Shown piece by piece: positions 34,739 through 44,112 of a stretch of 64,000 bases of DNA. The position numbers and the translations under genes are program-made. The notes beneath the pieces are model-generated. The model ran no database searches. It had not been told where the DNA came from and worked only from the letters and a program-made list of their open reading frames with translations. The DNA comes from Patescibacteria group bacterium UBA1406 (GTDB lineage Bacteria; Patescibacteriota; Microgenomatia; UBA1406): NCBI GenBank assembly GCA_002305675.1, contig DBQA01000001.1:189-64188 (forward strand), given 5' to 3'. How positions within the stretch are numbered: position 1 is the stretch's first letter; every line of letters starts with the position of its first letter.

Positions 34739-36246
34739 ACCTTCTTTTTAAGGGGAGCTAAGGCAGGACCGTGGATAACTTCACCATCTACCGTAAAGCG
34801 GGAACCATGGCAGGGACAGTCCCAAGATGTCTCGGCACTGTTGAAATTAACCAGGCATCCCATATGCGTGCATTCCGGGGAAATCTCATGTACCTTTCCA
34901 TTCTTATCTTTATAGACGGCTGTTTTCTTACCTTTTTCAGCGATGATTTTTCCCTCCCCCGGTCTTAGGCCGGATACTTTTTCAGTCCTGGCTTTTTTCA
35001 GCCTGTCACTGATATATCTTTTGGCAACCTTAACGTTCCGGTCAACAAGTTCTGCCCCCTCGGCCGCCGGTTTAAAGCGCTGCGGGGAGAAAAGGCCGGC
35101 CCAGCGGTTGTCCTTGCCCCGGATCAGGTCAGAGATAATCTCTGCCCCCACCATACTTGTGGTCATACCCCAACCTTGAAATCCTGTCGCCACAAAAAGG
35201 TGTTCGGCGTTAGGCATGAATCGACCTATAAAAGGTACGTGATCGAACGGGTAGTTGTCCTGGGTGGACCAGCGGTAATCTATGCTCTCCACCCGAAAAT
35301 GCGACCGGGCATAATCCTCGAGCTCCCGGTAGAATCGGTCCGTATCCGAAAACTCCCCGGTCACATGCAGCCCGCCACCGACAATGGTTAGAGTACCTTT
35401 TTCGGTCAGCTGGGTCCTGATATAGTGGGATGGTCGCTCCGTGCTGTCAAACATATCTTTGGCGACTCTGTCCTTGACACGGATACCCAGAACGTAGGAG
35501 CGGTAGGGGGTCATCCGGGCAAAGAAGCCGCCCCGGTCCAGAAAAGGGAAGTGGGTAGCGATGACCACTTCTTTGGCCGTGAGCTCTCCCTTGTTTGTTT
35601 TGACAATACATGGCTCACCCACTTCCACATCCAGGGCCCGGCTGTGTTCAAACACATAACTACCCTCCCTGTCGATTATTTCCGCCAGCCTGAGCAGGTA
35701 TTTTTGCGGGTGGAACTCTGCCTGGTCCGAATATCTGATGGCCCCGGCGGTCGGAAAAGGCAAGGGAGCCGAGCCCTGGTATGAGACGGGTAACCCGGCC
35801 CTTTGGGCCGATTCAAACTCCTGTCTTAATATCTCGAGGTCGTTATTCCTTTCGGCATAAACATATTCAGATACGGATCTGAAATCACAGTCTATTTTAT
35901 ATCTTTTGACCACGGCAGCGATCTGCCCGATCGCAGTCTGGTTGGCTTCGCCATAGATCCGGGCGCCGTCTTTCCCAAAGTTCTTTTCCAGATCGGCATA
36001 GATCAAATCGTGGGCAGAGGAAATATGGGCGGTTGTATGGCCGGTCACGCCGGAACCGATCTCCCGGGCTTCTATGACGGCCACCTTCAGGCCCGATTCC
36101 TTCAATCTCAGGGCAATATTCAAGCCCGCAATGCCGCCGCCAAGCACTGCCACGTCAACTTTAATGCCATCCTTCAGGATGTCGCACCTGCTTTTGAACG
36201 TGGAATCGAGCCAATATGACACCGCTTTACCAGGTAAGCTTTCCAT
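34735..36246 (-). CDS. FAD-dependent oxidoreductase with a C-terminal Rieske [2Fe-2S] domain
   Basis: [12 protein letters not shown] dinucleotide-binding motif. C-terminal CTHMGC...CPCHGSRF Rieske motif. Confidence 0.8.
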   Translation of the reverse strand: MESLPGKAVSYWLDSTFKSRCDILKDGIKVDVAVLGGGIAGLNIALRLKESGLKVAVIEAREIGSGVTGHTTAHISSAHDLIYADLEKNFGKDGARIYGEANQTAIGQIAAVVKRYKIDCDFRSVSEYVYAERNNDLEILRQEFESAQRAGLPVSYQGSAPLPFPTAGAIRYSDQAEFHPQKYLLRLAEIIDREGSYVFEHSRALDVEVGEPCIVKTNKGELTAKEVVIATHFPFLDRGGFFARMTPYRSYVLGIRVKDRVAKDMFDSTERPSHYIRTQLTEKGTLTIVGGGLHVTGEFSDTDRFYRELEDYARSHFRVESIDYRWSTQDNYPFDHVPFIGRFMPNAEHLFVATGFQGWGMTTSMVGAEIISDLIRGKDNRWAGLFSPQRFKPAAEGAELVDRNVKVAKRYISDRLKKARTEKVSGLRPGEGKIIAEKGKKTAVYKDKNGKVHEISPECTHMGCLVNFNSAETSWDCPCHGSRFTVDGEVIHGPALAPLKKKV

Positions 36247-36281
36247 AAATCCAGATTATTAGATAGTGGTTTAAGAATTGT

Positions 36282-36926
36282 TTATACATTGCGTCGGGAA
36301 GGGGTAAGAGCCTGCGATCTCAGGAAATAATATAAGATCAGGCCATGTGCGAGCAGAAAGAATCCGACCCAGATGGAGATGTTGGAATAGTGGGGGATCA
36401 TGCCGGGGCCGGTGAAGAACCGGCCGAACTCCTCCTCCCAGGGAAACAGACCGGCTATGTGGAGCAGATACTCCTGGACGAGTTTCAAACCCAGGATAAG
36501 CATTAGGGTCAGAAAGAAAGCGGTTTTGGAGAGAATCCTGACCATCCTCCCCAGGACGAGGCGGCCGAACTCAATGAAGATGAAGAAGTGGTCGAAAAAA
36601 TTGGCGAACCAGAACAGGACGGGCCGCCAGGCGGTCAAGGCGAAAATGACCGTACCTATCAACCTCCATCCCAAAAGCAGCAGCCCGGCGTTTTTCGCCC
36701 AGGGATTCCGCCAGGTCTGGATCATATACAGACCGAAGACCAGGGAAGCATACATGTCGAGCATTTTGTCCCACATCTGATAGTCGGAATGGTCCATGTC
36801 TGATCCAAACGGAAACAGGCTCCAGTCCAAAGCATCCGTCATCATGGAAAGCATTATTCCGGGGAGCGGATATCTGAAGACCGTCCAAGGCACAGTCATA
36901 CGCACAACGCTCAGCCATAAAAGCAT
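36282..36926 (-). CDS. Integral membrane protein, unknown function
   Basis: 214 aa, about 6 hydrophobic helices. Confidence 0.6.
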   Translation of the reverse strand: MLLWLSVVRMTVPWTVFRYPLPGIMLSMMTDALDWSLFPFGSDMDHSDYQMWDKMLDMYASLVFGLYMIQTWRNPWAKNAGLLLLGWRLIGTVIFALTAWRPVLFWFANFFDHFFIFIEFGRLVLGRMVRILSKTAFFLTLMLILGLKLVQEYLLHIAGLFPWEEEFGRFFTGPGMIPHYSNISIWVGFFLLAHGLILYYFLRSQALTPSRRNV

Positions 36927-37074
36927 ATACCGAACATAGTAACTATAAATAAGAATAAAGAAAAAAAGGAGTATTAACTTCGTGAGAGTTGCCCTTAATT
37001 CATCCCTTTCATAGAAATCTTACCCAAAGTTTAATTATTTTTTACTCTATTTGAATACTTATAAAACAGCGATA

Positions 37075-37599
37075 ATGGAAAACAAACAGACCCCTCCGGT
37101 TGTCATCAGGAGAAGTATTCCGCTTCTGGTGGTCCGGATTGTACTTACCGAACTCATCTTTGAGTTTTTGTATATATTGTGGCGCTTCCTGATCGACATT
37201 AATATCCTCGAGCTTGAGCCTGAAACCCTGTTGGCCATTCATACGGCCTCGCTGCTGCTGTTTTTCCTCTTGGTAACAGTGGTCCAAACGGCAATCATAG
37301 TCATCATTATCATAGATTGGGCAAATCGTCATTATGAGATCAGAGCTGATGAAATTGCCTTCAAAAGGGGGATCTTTTCCACCCAGGAAAGGACCTATCC
37401 CTACAGCAACATACAATCGATCCGGGTTGAACAGAGTCTGTTGGGTAAAATATTAAAATACGGTACCGTAAACATTTATATCCCTACTTTGGGTTATGAC
37501 CTGCATTTCACGGAAGTCCCCAAACCCCAACAGTTTGTAGAGATGGTAAAAAGCGCCAATCCCAACGTCGAAGGGGGTAAGTTCCTGTTCCGGCGATAG
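37075..37599 (+). CDS. Membrane protein with a bacterial PH (bPH_2 / YdbS-YdbT-like) domain
   Basis: Trimmed to MENKQTPP (ATG 37075). Two TM helices followed by YEIRADEIAFKRGIFSTQERTYPYSNIQSIRVEQSLLGKILKYGTV. Confidence 0.65.
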   Translation: MENKQTPPVVIRRSIPLLVVRIVLTELIFEFLYILWRFLIDINILELEPETLLAIHTASLLLFFLLVTVVQTAIIVIIIIDWANRHYEIRADEIAFKRGIFSTQERTYPYSNIQSIRVEQSLLGKILKYGTVNIYIPTLGYDLHFTEVPKPQQFVEMVKSANPNVEGGKFLFRR

Positions 37600-37613
37600 C
37601 GGTTTTCGGAATC

Positions 37614-37622
37614 TGCTATAAT
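37614..37622 (+). promoter_or_regulatory. Extended -10 box TGcTATAAT, 6 nt before mini-ORF ATG 37629
   Basis: atcTGcTATAATcagtttATG. Confidence 0.4.
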
Positions 37623-37628
37623 CAGTTT

Positions 37629-37685
37629 ATGAGCTTGTTTATGGTTCTTATAGCCACCGCCTCCTGCTGTTGTAACCCCAGATAA
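37629..37685 (+). CDS. Candidate 18-aa mini-ORF MSLFMVLIATASCCCNPR
   Basis: Leaderless-type spacing to a consensus -10 box. Three consecutive Cys codons. No supporting terminator structure downstream. Speculative. Confidence 0.25.
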   Translation: MSLFMVLIATASCCCNPR

Positions 37686-37732
37686 ACGTCTCGTCTAACC
37701 CTCCCGTTTTCCTTATCAATTAAAAAAACAAC

Positions 37733-37969
37733 ATGCAAACCTCTGACATCATCAACAAATTCCTGTTCCAACTGGCCAGGTACAAGATAGGGGGCACCAA
37801 CGGAGCGAGCGTTATTCTGACGGTGAATTATCAGGACAACCTGTTCAAGATCACGAGGACCAGCGGAGCTCCCAATGAAAGATTTCTGAACGAAGTTAAA
37901 TCATTAGCCCGGGACCTGCTGCGGCGTAAACACAATGTCAATTTCGCCCAGGCCAAACCGGGCAAGTAG
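37733..37969 (+). CDS. Hypothetical small protein (78 aa)
   Basis: The only sizeable ORF in the gap. No motif recognised. Confidence 0.45.
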   Translation: MQTSDIINKFLFQLARYKIGGTNGASVILTVNYQDNLFKITRTSGAPNERFLNEVKSLARDLLRRKHNVNFAQAKPGK

Positions 37970-37978
37970 TGCTATAAT
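37970..37978 (+). promoter_or_regulatory. Extended -10 box TGcTATAAT, 8 nt before ychF ATG 37987 (leaderless-type)
   Basis: tagTGcTATAATttacctctATG. Confidence 0.45.
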
Positions 37979-37986
37979 TTACCTCT

Positions 37987-39054
37987 ATGAATCTTTCCGT
38001 AGGGATCGTCGGGTTGCCTAATGCGGGCAAGTCCACCCTTTTTAACGCGCTTCTGAAAAAACAGGCGGCTTTGGCAGCCAACTATCCTTTTGCCACCATT
38101 GAGCCAAATACCGGTATTGTTCCTGTGCCCGATGACAGACTGCCGGTCCTGGCAAAGATAGTCCGCACGGAAAAGATCGTCCCGGCCACGGTGGAGTTTG
38201 TGGACATTGCGGGTCTGGTGCGGGGAGCCCACGAAGGCGAAGGACTGGGAAACAAATTCCTCTCCCACATCCGGGAAACAAATGCCATCTGTTATGTCCT
38301 GCGTTTTTTCGAGGACCCGGACGTCGTGCATGTCTCGGGCAGGGTAGACCCATTGGAAGACCTGGCGGTTTTGAACGAGGAGCTTATCCTGGCGGATCTG
38401 CAAACATTGGAAAACCAGAAAGACCCCAAGCAAAACGCAGGCAAAGAAGACAAGGAGAGGTGGGTAATTATCCAAGCGCTTAAACGACATTTAAATGATA
38501 GCAAACCCGCCCGTATCTTTGAGTTTAAGCCGGAACAAAAAGAGCTTATTAAGCCTTTGAACCTTTTAACCATGAAACCGGCCATTTATGTGGCCAACAT
38601 GTCCGAACCCCAGCTCAAGAAGAGCGGGGAAGTGCTGTTAAAATTTCCTTATCAGCCAGTTATCGCCCTGTCCGCCAAGGTGGAGAGCGAACTTTCGGAT
38701 GTTGAGGATAAGGAAAGGGAGGAGCTTCTCAGATCGGTCGGGATTGAGGAACCCGCCCTCAATCTTCTGGCCCGCACCGCCTATGATACGCTGGGACTGA
38801 TGTCTTTCCTGACGGCCGGGGAAAAGGAGGTCAGGGCGTGGACCATCCGAAAGGGTACTTCTGCCCAGAGGGCGGCCGGTGTTATCCACACCGATTTCGA
38901 GAAGAAATTCATCAAAGCCGACGTTGTCGGCTATCCGGATTTCGTGGCCAGCGGAGGATGGACGGGGGCCCGCACCAAAGGCCTCGTGCGTTCGGAAGGC
39001 AAGGACTATGTCATGCAGGAAGGTGACGTGGTGGAATTCAAGATCGGTGGATAA
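37987..39054 (+). CDS. ychF: Ribosome-binding ATPase YchF
   Basis: GIVGLPNAGKSTLFNALL P-loop. C-terminal RAWTIRKGTSAQRAAGVIHTDFEKKFIKADV, the YchF TGS-like domain. Confidence 0.9.
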   Translation: MNLSVGIVGLPNAGKSTLFNALLKKQAALAANYPFATIEPNTGIVPVPDDRLPVLAKIVRTEKIVPATVEFVDIAGLVRGAHEGEGLGNKFLSHIRETNAICYVLRFFEDPDVVHVSGRVDPLEDLAVLNEELILADLQTLENQKDPKQNAGKEDKERWVIIQALKRHLNDSKPARIFEFKPEQKELIKPLNLLTMKPAIYVANMSEPQLKKSGEVLLKFPYQPVIALSAKVESELSDVEDKEREELLRSVGIEEPALNLLARTAYDTLGLMSFLTAGEKEVRAWTIRKGTSAQRAAGVIHTDFEKKFIKADVVGYPDFVASGGWTGARTKGLVRSEGKDYVMQEGDVVEFKIGG

Positions 39055-39066
39055 ATCACATCGCTT

Positions 39067-39075
39067 TGGTAAAAT
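39067..39075 (+). promoter_or_regulatory. Extended -10 box TGgTAAAAT, 6 nt before ATG 39082 (leaderless-type)
   Basis: cttTGgTAAAATaagcggATG. Confidence 0.4.
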
Positions 39076-39081
39076 AAGCGG

Positions 39082-40101
39082 ATGGGTAAATTTTTCGTAT
39101 TCCTGATTACAATTCTCTTTCTGTCCGTCGGGCTTATTCTATTACGCCCCAAACAGACCGCTCCAGCTATTGTCGATGACGGGGGAGAGATGGAAGAAGA
39201 ATTGCATCCGCTTTCCGTTGCCGCGCTGAGACAGGGAGAATACCCTGGCAGCGAGATAACGATCGAGCAGACCCTGGACCCGGGCACGAACTACAGTCGC
39301 CAGATCGTTTCCTACAGATCGGAAGGGCTGAAGATCTATGCCCTGATGACCATCCCGGGCGGGGACAGGCCAAAGAACGGCTGGCCGGCCGTCATCTTCA
39401 ACCATGGGTATATACCGCCCACCGAATACCGGACCACGGAGCGTTACTTATCTTATGTGGACAGTTTTGCCCGGAACGGCTACGTTGTTTTCAAAAGCGA
39501 CTACCGGGGTCACGGCAATTCCGAGGGTGAGCCGGGGGGGGCTTACGGGTCGCCAAATTACACTATAGACGTGCTGAACGCGCTCTCTTCGGTAGCCAGG
39601 TATCCGGACGTTGACCCGGACCGGATAGGCATGTGGGGGCATTCGATGGGAGGGTACATAACACTTCGTTCCATGGTGGTCGACAGGAATATCAGGGCCG
39701 GCGTTGTCTGGGCAGGCGTGGTAGCCTCCTATCCTGATCTCATCAACCGGTGGCGTCGTCGTCCGTCCACCATCCCCACACTGCCCGGTGGCCGGGGTTA
39801 CTGGCGGATTGAACTGATCGAGAAATACGGTACGCCCGAAGAAAATCCGGAGTTCTGGAACTCTATTTCAGCCAACAGTTTTCTGAATGATATCTCCGGG
39901 CCTCTCCAGTTACACCATGGCACGGCAGACTATTCCGTACCCGTGGAGTTTTCCGAAACGCTTGTCAGGCAATTGAACCAGGCGGGCAGACCGGTAGAAT
40001 ATTATTCCTACCCGGACGACGATCACAATATATCCGCCAACTTCAATACGGCCATGGACAGGTCGGTCGCTTTCTTTGATAAACACGTCAAGGGGAAGTG
40101 A
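39082..40101 (+). CDS. Alpha/beta hydrolase, S9 prolyl-oligopeptidase / dienelactone-hydrolase-like, N-terminal membrane anchor
   Basis: 339 aa. GHSMGG nucleophile elbow. C-terminal ...HHGTAD...DDDHN supplies Asp/His candidates. Confidence 0.7.
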   Translation: MGKFFVFLITILFLSVGLILLRPKQTAPAIVDDGGEMEEELHPLSVAALRQGEYPGSEITIEQTLDPGTNYSRQIVSYRSEGLKIYALMTIPGGDRPKNGWPAVIFNHGYIPPTEYRTTERYLSYVDSFARNGYVVFKSDYRGHGNSEGEPGGAYGSPNYTIDVLNALSSVARYPDVDPDRIGMWGHSMGGYITLRSMVVDRNIRAGVVWAGVVASYPDLINRWRRRPSTIPTLPGGRGYWRIELIEKYGTPEENPEFWNSISANSFLNDISGPLQLHHGTADYSVPVEFSETLVRQLNQAGRPVEYYSYPDDDHNISANFNTAMDRSVAFFDKHVKGK

Positions 40102-40102
40102 G

Positions 40103-41656
40103 TTAAAAAGGTATTCGGCCCTGCTCGTAGATTATACGGGAGGGGATATTCTTAAGCACGGACTGCTCGAAGGCCGCCTTGGCCGGATCAAGCGCATACA
40201 GGGGAACTTTTCTGCGCCTCAATTCCCGCATCATTTTTTTAGCCTGCCAGACAGCAGATACCGACCATCCCTGGACCGGCTGGGGCTCCTGGTACTCCAC
40301 CGGATGACCACCTCGGGAGAAGGTCAACCCCTTGACCGTGTTTATTAAGGGTTCGGTACTGTCGTACCCTTGGATGAACTCCGGAAATGTCCCCAGTCTG
40401 TTCGTGATCAGGATGTTGCGCCAATAAAGCTGCCAGGCCAGATTATAATAGCCGCGTTGCCAGAGTCCCTTGGCCATCTGGTTGTTGTCCATCTGCCAGA
40501 TGGAACCGTTGTGGTAGGAGAGCGGGCAGAAACGCAGTTCACTGTCTGCCAGTGTTCGCACCCCCCAGCGGACGAACATGTCCTCTGAAAAAAGATGGGT
40601 AACGATCTCTCGGGTATACCGCTCATCCCCGGACCCTTCGAATAGCCGGGTATTCAAGAGCCATCCCATCACCGAAGACTTCACTGCGAGTGCGCTGAAC
40701 GTCCCGTTTGTCCTTTCGGATCCCAGGGCAAAGTACCCGGGCCCTCCCGAACTGCCGGCCACATAGAGGTTCGAGATAACGGAAGATTTCAGGGCCTGTG
40801 CCCGCATTACCAGTTCGGACGCCTCCTTCTTCAGGTCTGCCGGAGAGGATATTCCGCACGGACCGACCATGTCTCTGACCCTCCACTCGGACATCTCCGC
40901 CATCTGTCCGTACAGTTCGGCCGCAGAAAGGAGTGCATCATAGGCCAGGCCCTGCACCTCGGTAGAAGCCACCGGGGCATTCGCCCTGGTTCCGTCCTGC
41001 CTGAAGTACGAGTCGCGGCCGTCCCGCCAGCTCTGGAACTGAATGCCCATGGGGTTCGGGCTCTGGGACTCGATAAAGCCCTGCACATTCCTGTCCATTC
41101 TCCTCTTGATCCACTGCACCGAGTTGACGAGGGAAGCGGCCAATGTCCTGGCCGTTCCCTTGTGCCCGTCCACCCGCCGGCTCAAAAAATCCGGTCCGTA
41201 CTGCCGGTTGTGCTTCGCGACCAGTCTCACGAAAAGGGGAGTAGAGTCGACGGCACCGTAATAAGGGGTCACCCTCCAAAAGCGGGTGCGAGCTAGCCTT
41301 AGGGCGATGGGGTCGTCGGCACGGCGGTGCTCATGGAGGATGCGGCCGAGCTCTTCTTCGGACCAAAGGCCTTCCTCGTCGGCGCAGGTCTGGTCGGCCT
41401 CCCCCTGCCATGTGGCCAGATGGACCATCGTATCCTCCGCCACCTCCCGGTCATCATCAAAATCGTCTGCCATGATCAGACTGTCCCTGCCGAAAGGGAC
41501 GGTAAACAGCTTGTGGTCTTCGCGGTCCGGATCCCATTCATGGGGAAGGGCCGCCAAAGGGATGCGGGGACCGGCGCCGGGAATCAGCCTGGCCCTCTGA
41601 TAGCCCACAGAAACCACGTTTGCCCTTGGTCGGGTTTTCTCCACTGCCACCACCAT
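40103..41656 (-). CDS. Amylo-alpha-1,6-glucosidase / glycogen-debranching-enzyme-like (GDE_C, six-hairpin glycosidase)
   Basis: 517 aa. FGRDSLI and YHNGSIWQMDN motifs are typical of the bacterial/archaeal GDE_C family. Confidence 0.7.
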   Translation of the reverse strand: MVVAVEKTRPRANVVSVGYQRARLIPGAGPRIPLAALPHEWDPDREDHKLFTVPFGRDSLIMADDFDDDREVAEDTMVHLATWQGEADQTCADEEGLWSEEELGRILHEHRRADDPIALRLARTRFWRVTPYYGAVDSTPLFVRLVAKHNRQYGPDFLSRRVDGHKGTARTLAASLVNSVQWIKRRMDRNVQGFIESQSPNPMGIQFQSWRDGRDSYFRQDGTRANAPVASTEVQGLAYDALLSAAELYGQMAEMSEWRVRDMVGPCGISSPADLKKEASELVMRAQALKSSVISNLYVAGSSGGPGYFALGSERTNGTFSALAVKSSVMGWLLNTRLFEGSGDERYTREIVTHLFSEDMFVRWGVRTLADSELRFCPLSYHNGSIWQMDNNQMAKGLWQRGYYNLAWQLYWRNILITNRLGTFPEFIQGYDSTEPLINTVKGLTFSRGGHPVEYQEPQPVQGWSVSAVWQAKKMMRELRRRKVPLYALDPAKAAFEQSVLKNIPSRIIYEQGRIPF

Positions 41657-41728
41657 AAGTCTTTGGTATTATTAAAAAAAGAAATCCGAGTTGTCAAGCG
41701 GTTTTGAAAATGCTATCTTTCGGAAGAC

Positions 41729-43141
41729 ATGATGAATGAACCTATCTGCTTCCTGGACGTCGAGACGACCGGCGGGAGCCCTTACCGAAGCCGCATCATC
41801 GAGATCGGCATCATTAAGGTCCAGAACGGCCGGGTGGCCAAAAAGTATGAGCGACTGATAAACCCGGAGACAGCCGTCGACCCGTTCGTCAGCCGCATGA
41901 CCGGCATCCGCCAGAAAGACCTCGAAAACTCACCCACATTCATGGACCTCGCGGACGAACTCCTTTATCTCCTCGAGGATTCGGTGATCGCCGCCCACAA
42001 TGTCCGCTTTGACTACGGTATGCTCAGGCACGAGTTCCGGCGCTCCGGGATTAAGTTTCAAAGCCGGCATTTCTGTACCGTCCGGCTGGCCAGGCAGCTG
42101 TATCCGGGCAGACAGAACTACAACCTGGACGCGCTCATCGAAAGCTTCAACCTGACCTGTCTCCATCGCCACCGGGCCTATGACGACGCGAAAGCCATCT
42201 GGGACTTCTACAAACTGGCCGAAACCCAAAACCCGGCCGAGGTTTTCCACGAGGCCTTGAAAACCATCATGAAAAGGCCGACCATCCCAAGCCACATTCC
42301 CGCCGACATTCTGGACGACCTGCCTGAGGCGCCGGGAGTTTACACATTCTATGCCGAAAATAACGTACCGCTTTACATAGGTAAAAGCAAGAACGTGAGG
42401 GAAAGGGTGTTTTCCCATTTCGTCAACGACCACCAGTCCGCAACCGACTTAAAGATCTCACAGCAGGCGGTGGATGTAGAAGTTCTGGAGACCGCCGGAG
42501 AGCTCGGGGCATTGCTCCTGGAGTCGGACATGGTTAAAAAGCGCCAGCCTCTCCTGAACCGACAGCTGAGGGACATAAAGCTGATGGCGCTCCTGACAAA
42601 AACAGCGACCAAGAACGGCTATTATTCAGTGGAGATAACTCAAGCCAGCCGGATCCCGGTCGAGTTGGCCGGTCGCATCATGGGGGTCTTCAGGACCAAG
42701 AAGCAGGCGGAAGATTTTTTATATGAACTGGCCAAGGAGCACCACCTTTGTCCCAAGCTCCTCGGCCTGGAAAAGGGGAGGGGGGCTTGCTTCTATTCCC
42801 AGATAGAGGAATGCTTCGGAGCTTGTACCGGCCAGGAGCCGTTCCTCAAATACAACCTGCGCTTCGACGACGCCTTCTACAAGCGCAAGATAAAAGCCTG
42901 GAGATTCGACGGTCCCATCGTCATCAGGGAAGCAGGGGAGAGGGAAGAGCTTTTCGTGGTAGACAAATGGTGCCTGCTCGGCCGTTACGACCCCGGAACC
43001 GAAGGGTTCGATCTCTCCTCGGCCGAATACCGCTTCGACTACGATGTCTATAAAATACTTTACAGGTATCTGAACAGACCAGGAAAAAAGCTGCTTCACA
43101 GAATCAGCATGCCGTCACCGAAGCTGAAGAAGCGGTATTGA
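41729..43141 (+). CDS. DEDDh 3'-5' exonuclease (DnaQ-like) fused to a GIY-YIG nuclease domain
   Basis: FLDVETTG, AHNVRFDYGML and HRAYDDA (ExoI-III), then PGVYTFYAENNVPLYIGKSKNVRERVFSHF (GIY-YIG). Confidence 0.8.
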   Translation: MMNEPICFLDVETTGGSPYRSRIIEIGIIKVQNGRVAKKYERLINPETAVDPFVSRMTGIRQKDLENSPTFMDLADELLYLLEDSVIAAHNVRFDYGMLRHEFRRSGIKFQSRHFCTVRLARQLYPGRQNYNLDALIESFNLTCLHRHRAYDDAKAIWDFYKLAETQNPAEVFHEALKTIMKRPTIPSHIPADILDDLPEAPGVYTFYAENNVPLYIGKSKNVRERVFSHFVNDHQSATDLKISQQAVDVEVLETAGELGALLLESDMVKKRQPLLNRQLRDIKLMALLTKTATKNGYYSVEITQASRIPVELAGRIMGVFRTKKQAEDFLYELAKEHHLCPKLLGLEKGRGACFYSQIEECFGACTGQEPFLKYNLRFDDAFYKRKIKAWRFDGPIVIREAGEREELFVVDKWCLLGRYDPGTEGFDLSSAEYRFDYDVYKILYRYLNRPGKKLLHRISMPSPKLKKRY

Positions 43142-44112
43142 CGGGATACGGCCACCCGGTACAGGTCCAGGGTCTTTTCCCGGCTACCGATGAAGGCCGA
43201 GATCATGAGCAGCAGGGAAGAGCGGGGGAGGTGGAAGTTCGTCACCATCCCGTCCACCGTTTTGAACTTGTAGCCCGGTGTGATGAAAAGGTCCGTTTCA
43301 CCCTGCTTGCCAGCGGCCAGGCTTTCGAGCGTCCGCACCACGGTCGTCCCGACGGCGATGATCTTCCGGCCCGACTTTTTGGCCGCTGCAATTTTTTCCA
43401 GAAGCTCCGCGGTCACCGAGAAGCGCTCCGTATGCAGCCTGCCAGTCCGGAAATTCTCTTCGGTCAGGGGCGCGAACGTCCCCAGACCGACATGCAGGGT
43501 AACAAAGTCGTACCCAACACCTATCGTCCTTATCCTCTCTAAGAGCCTCTCCGTGAAATGCAGCGAGGCCGTGGGGGCGGCACTTGACCCATACTCGCGG
43601 GCAAAGATGGTCTGGTACTCCGTCCGCAGCCTCTTTTCGCTGTCCGGCTTTTCAATATAAGGCGGAATGGGCATATGGCCATGCTTTTCGAGATAGCTAA
43701 TAAGCTCGCTATATGAAAGGGGAGAGCGGACCAGAAAATACTTCCCCTCTTGGGCAGTGACCGTTATCCTGCCGCCGCCTTCAAGGACGATCTCTTCACC
43801 CGGTTTTATATACCTGTCGAGCATGGCCCTGTACGTATTTTTTCCGGCACTCTCCAAGAAGAAAACCTCCAGGCGGCCGCCGGTCCTTTTCCGGCCGAAA
43901 ATACGGACGGGGATTACCTTGGTATCATTGAATATCAATAAAGAGTCTGTCGGCAGATAATCCGGCAGATCCAGAAAAACCCCCTCCCTGAGAGTTCCTA
44001 TATCCCGGTCATAGATCATCAGCCTGGCAGTGTCGGGCGGGATTGAAGGGCGCTGGGCAATAAGCTCTTTTGGGAGATTGTAATCGAAATTCCAGATCTC
44101 GTCGTACTTCAT
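43096..44112 (-). CDS. queA: S-adenosylmethionine:tRNA ribosyltransferase-isomerase
   Basis: 338 aa. FNYNLPKELIAQRP, GHMPIPPYI and VGTTVVRTLES. Confidence 0.9.
   Translation of the reverse strand: MKYDEIWNFDYNLPKELIAQRPSIPPDTARLMIYDRDIGTLREGVFLDLPDYLPTDSLLIFNDTKVIPVRIFGRKRTGGRLEVFFLESAGKNTYRAMLDRYIKPGEEIVLEGGGRITVTAQEGKYFLVRSPLSYSELISYLEKHGHMPIPPYIEKPDSEKRLRTEYQTIFAREYGSSAAPTASLHFTERLLERIRTIGVGYDFVTLHVGLGTFAPLTEENFRTGRLHTERFSVTAELLEKIAAAKKSGRKIIAVGTTVVRTLESLAAGKQGETDLFITPGYKFKTVDGMVTNFHLPRSSLLLMISAFIGSREKTLDLYRVAVSRQYRFFSFGDGMLIL

Noticed and set aside
43096-43141. 46-nt overlap of the convergent 3' ends of the exonuclease-GIY-YIG gene and queA (also 31392-31415 for the ABC exporter and a GT9)
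   Set aside because: Convergent 3' overlaps are common in compact genomes. There is no evidence of a frameshift or a regulatory structure. I noted it only as a possible annotation boundary issue.
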